Below are positions 62,942 through 64,000 of a stretch of 64,000 bases of DNA, one piece after another; the stretch's first letter is position 1; the number at the start of each line of letters is the position of its first letter. The DNA comes from Felis catus (Eukaryota). The notes beneath the pieces were generated by a model. That model saw nothing but the letters and a program-made list of their open reading frames with translations, was not told the origin of the DNA and made no database searches. Location: assembly GCF_018350175.1 (NCBI RefSeq), contig NC_058386.1, forward strand, positions 5,022,001 through 5,086,000, in the 5' to 3' direction. The translations under genes were made by a program, and so were the position numbers.

Positions 62942-64000
62942 GAGGAAATTTTTATTTTGCTTAAGTTTTTAATTTTAATTCCAGTATGAGAGAAACTGGG
63001 GGAAAAAAGCTAGGAGAATACACTTTCCTCCAGCATTTTATACTTTGGGTCTCTGTGTTCCAGTCTTCGTGAGTTGGGGACATGAGGCGAGGTAAAGGCA
63101 ACAAGGAATGTTTACCCCCAAGTGTGCAGCATTGTTGAGCAGGACAATGGATTCTATTTTTGTGTGACCTGTGGTGCCTATCACGGGTCGGCACCCATCA
63201 CCCTTCCAGGTAAACACAGAGTCCTGATTTTTAAATGCTGAATTAACACTTTTGACATAAAGCACACTCATCAACCATCAGTCTCATGCCAGCAGTCCTA
63301 GTCACGAGACTTTCTTTCTGCATGTGCCCTGTTCCATTAGTTAAAATGCAGTCAGTTTCTCCTTAGTTTGTAAGCCCAAAACAAGTCGTCAATAAGTTTT
63401 CCTGCAACCTATTTATTCCCTGGGCTTTGTAGCTGGTATGTGATGCCCTCTGTCTACGGGAAATGGATATTTCTTTTCCAGTCTTAAATAATTAACCAGT
63501 GTGATTTTCCACCTTCCTTTGCTGCCTGAGCACATGCCAATTGTGAACATCCATTTTGTTTCCGGTGACTTCTTTCCTAACCGTCATCCAGTAAAAATCA
63601 CATGCTCAAGTATATTTCAAACAGTACATGGTTAGATTTGTTTCAAAATCCCGTCTGCTTTCAGAGAAAAAGCTTTGGACTATAAATCCGTTTGAGGGAG
63701 GGAGAATATGCAAAATCATTTTTTTTTTCTTTTGGCTCTTATGCTTCAAATCTAAAAGTCATTAATTTTTAATTTTCATCCTGAAAGCATGTTCTTTCCC
63801 ATCTATATACAGTGCCCAAGCGTATCAGGGAATTTTAAGCATTGGAGACAAAAAGTCTTTTGTTTCTCTTTTTGTTCTTTTAATAATACTCAGTTGAAAC
63901 TATCTGGTTAAAGAAAGGCTTTGGGAGCGATCACGTCTGTGTATGGTGGTCACAGCTCTCTTTGGTATCTATTATTTAGCATATCCTATATGGGAAAATG

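Noticed and set aside
1-64000. Naming the species or a host gene
   Set aside because: Repeats indicate Felidae only, and no exon was recognised to identify the locus

Overview
Mammalian (felid) non-coding genomic DNA, either intronic or intergenic. The assignment rests on about 40 carnivore tRNA-derived CAN-SINEs, including cat-family SINEC_Fc/Fc2/Fc3-type copies, and two felid/carnivore L1 insertions. Older eutherian repeats are also present: MaLR/ERVL LTRs, an ERV1-like LTR, hAT MER20/MER58/MER3-33/MER5, MIR, L2 and L1M. There are microsatellites and four short N gaps. I recognise no host protein-coding exon, RNA gene or processed pseudogene; the only real protein homology in the ORF track is decayed L1 ORF2 (about 3050-4958, minus). 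Repeat family names come from recalled consensus sequences, not a database search, so subfamily calls and old-repeat boundaries are approximate. I cannot support a new biological system here. The most interesting structures are an L1 whose 5' end is joined directly to mid-ORF2, a degenerate 12 x 40-bp tandem array next to MER58B, a TCAAGG/TGATTGAT-rich array, and several unusual SINE arrangements: a tandem pair with three target-site copies, a head-to-head pair at one TTTAAA site, a two-SINE chimera under one TSD, and a nested SINE with a Z-DNA-type tract.
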